A stretch of DNA of 47,455 nucleotides from Octopus bimaculoides (lineage: Eukaryota), in contig NC_068993.1 in NCBI RefSeq assembly GCF_001194135.2, forward strand, positions 51,631,416 through 51,678,870. Reading direction: 5' to 3'. Positions 46,498 through 47,455 of the stretch are shown piece by piece; positions within the stretch are counted from its first letter, which is position 1, and each line of letters opens with the position of its first letter. Both the position numbers and the translations under genes were made by a program. The notes below the pieces were generated by a model that saw only the letters and a list, made by a program, of their open reading frames with translations, was not told the DNA's origin and searched no databases.

Positions 46498-47455
46498 CAA
46501 ACTATACATTTGAACCTCAGACATTCTTATTGGGAAAATTTTTTACCTCAAACTGGACCTACGTTGGACTCCTCATTGGCATAATCACCGAACCTGGAGT
46601 TTAACTATAGTCTATCCAGAGCACTTACTCAGCATTACCTGACACCTTTGGGTCTTACTGACACCATTACCTCTCATAACCTCTATATATAAATTTTGAT
46701 ATATTTTATACGAAAATAGAGAGTAAACAATTCAGGATCAGTTTGCATGGAATTAGTGACACTACATGAAGCTAAAAGATGCCAGATGTCATTGGCGAAA
46801 ACACGAAAACACTTTTGATTCAGCATACATAAACGTGTGGATACAGGCATTTATATATGTATGTAGCACTAAATGTGGTGTGTGCCGGTGTGCGTGTCTA
46901 AGTGTATGTGATGTGTGTGTCTGTGTGTGTTTGTGTGTGTGTGTGTTTGTATGTGTGTGATTGAGTCTATATGCAGACACAAAAAATTAGATAGATACAT
47001 TTACAGACATAGCTGCTCGTGCACGTTTATTCGGTAACATATTCACATAAACATACACATATCTACATACACATATATGCATACACACACACAAGCACAT
47101 ACAAATACACACATTCACTGTCTCTCTCTCTCCCTCTCTCTCTCTCTCTATCTCTCTCTTTCGCTCTCTTAACCTCTATCCCATCTACATGTTTTCCTTC
47201 CTCTGCTTTTTGATCTCAGTTCCTTTACACATCTCAGAACTTTCACTTTATCCACTAACACAACGCATGCACACAACACACACACACGCACACACACTAT
47301 TTCATAACTATATATGTGTGTGTGTATGTATGCCTGAGTATATGTATATTTTTAGGAAAGGAAAGTTATATGTAGATAGGTACAGCAATAAATGATGTGC
47401 ATACGTACACGTTTATATATGTAGAAATATATATACATATATATATATATATATA

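Overview
A repeat-rich, AT-rich animal genomic window with no recognisable intact protein-coding gene, rRNA, tRNA gene or CRISPR array. The SINE families, the very high microsatellite load and the 19 N-gaps (about 7.3 kb, about 15% of the window, mostly bordered by (AT)n) point to an Octopus genome, probably a short-read O. bimaculoides-type assembly. That species call rests on my recognition of the repeats, not on a search. Almost every entry in the supplied ORF track is an artefact of microsatellites or N-runs. Supported content: (i) about 20 copies or fragments of three tRNA-type SINE families, labelled AB, C and D here, including a D-in-AB nested insertion with a 7-bp target-site duplication; (ii) decayed autonomous-element remnants, namely a Penelope-like GIY-YIG endonuclease (1624-1985, minus), a 5'-truncated R4/Dong-like LINE end abutting a (TAA)n tract (22870-23104, minus) and an internally deleted mariner transposase (35012-35470, minus); (iii) three minisatellite or satellite arrays (75-bp, about 112-bp and 137-bp units); (iv) several strong but orphan splice acceptors and two motif-dense unique islands that may be regulatory. 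The most notable signal is a complete minimal type-I hammerhead ribozyme on the minus strand (21558-21602). It has the very short, near-palindromic stem III typical of Penelope- or retrozyme-associated hammerheads and sits next to an unresolved gap. I found no evidence for a new multi-gene system.
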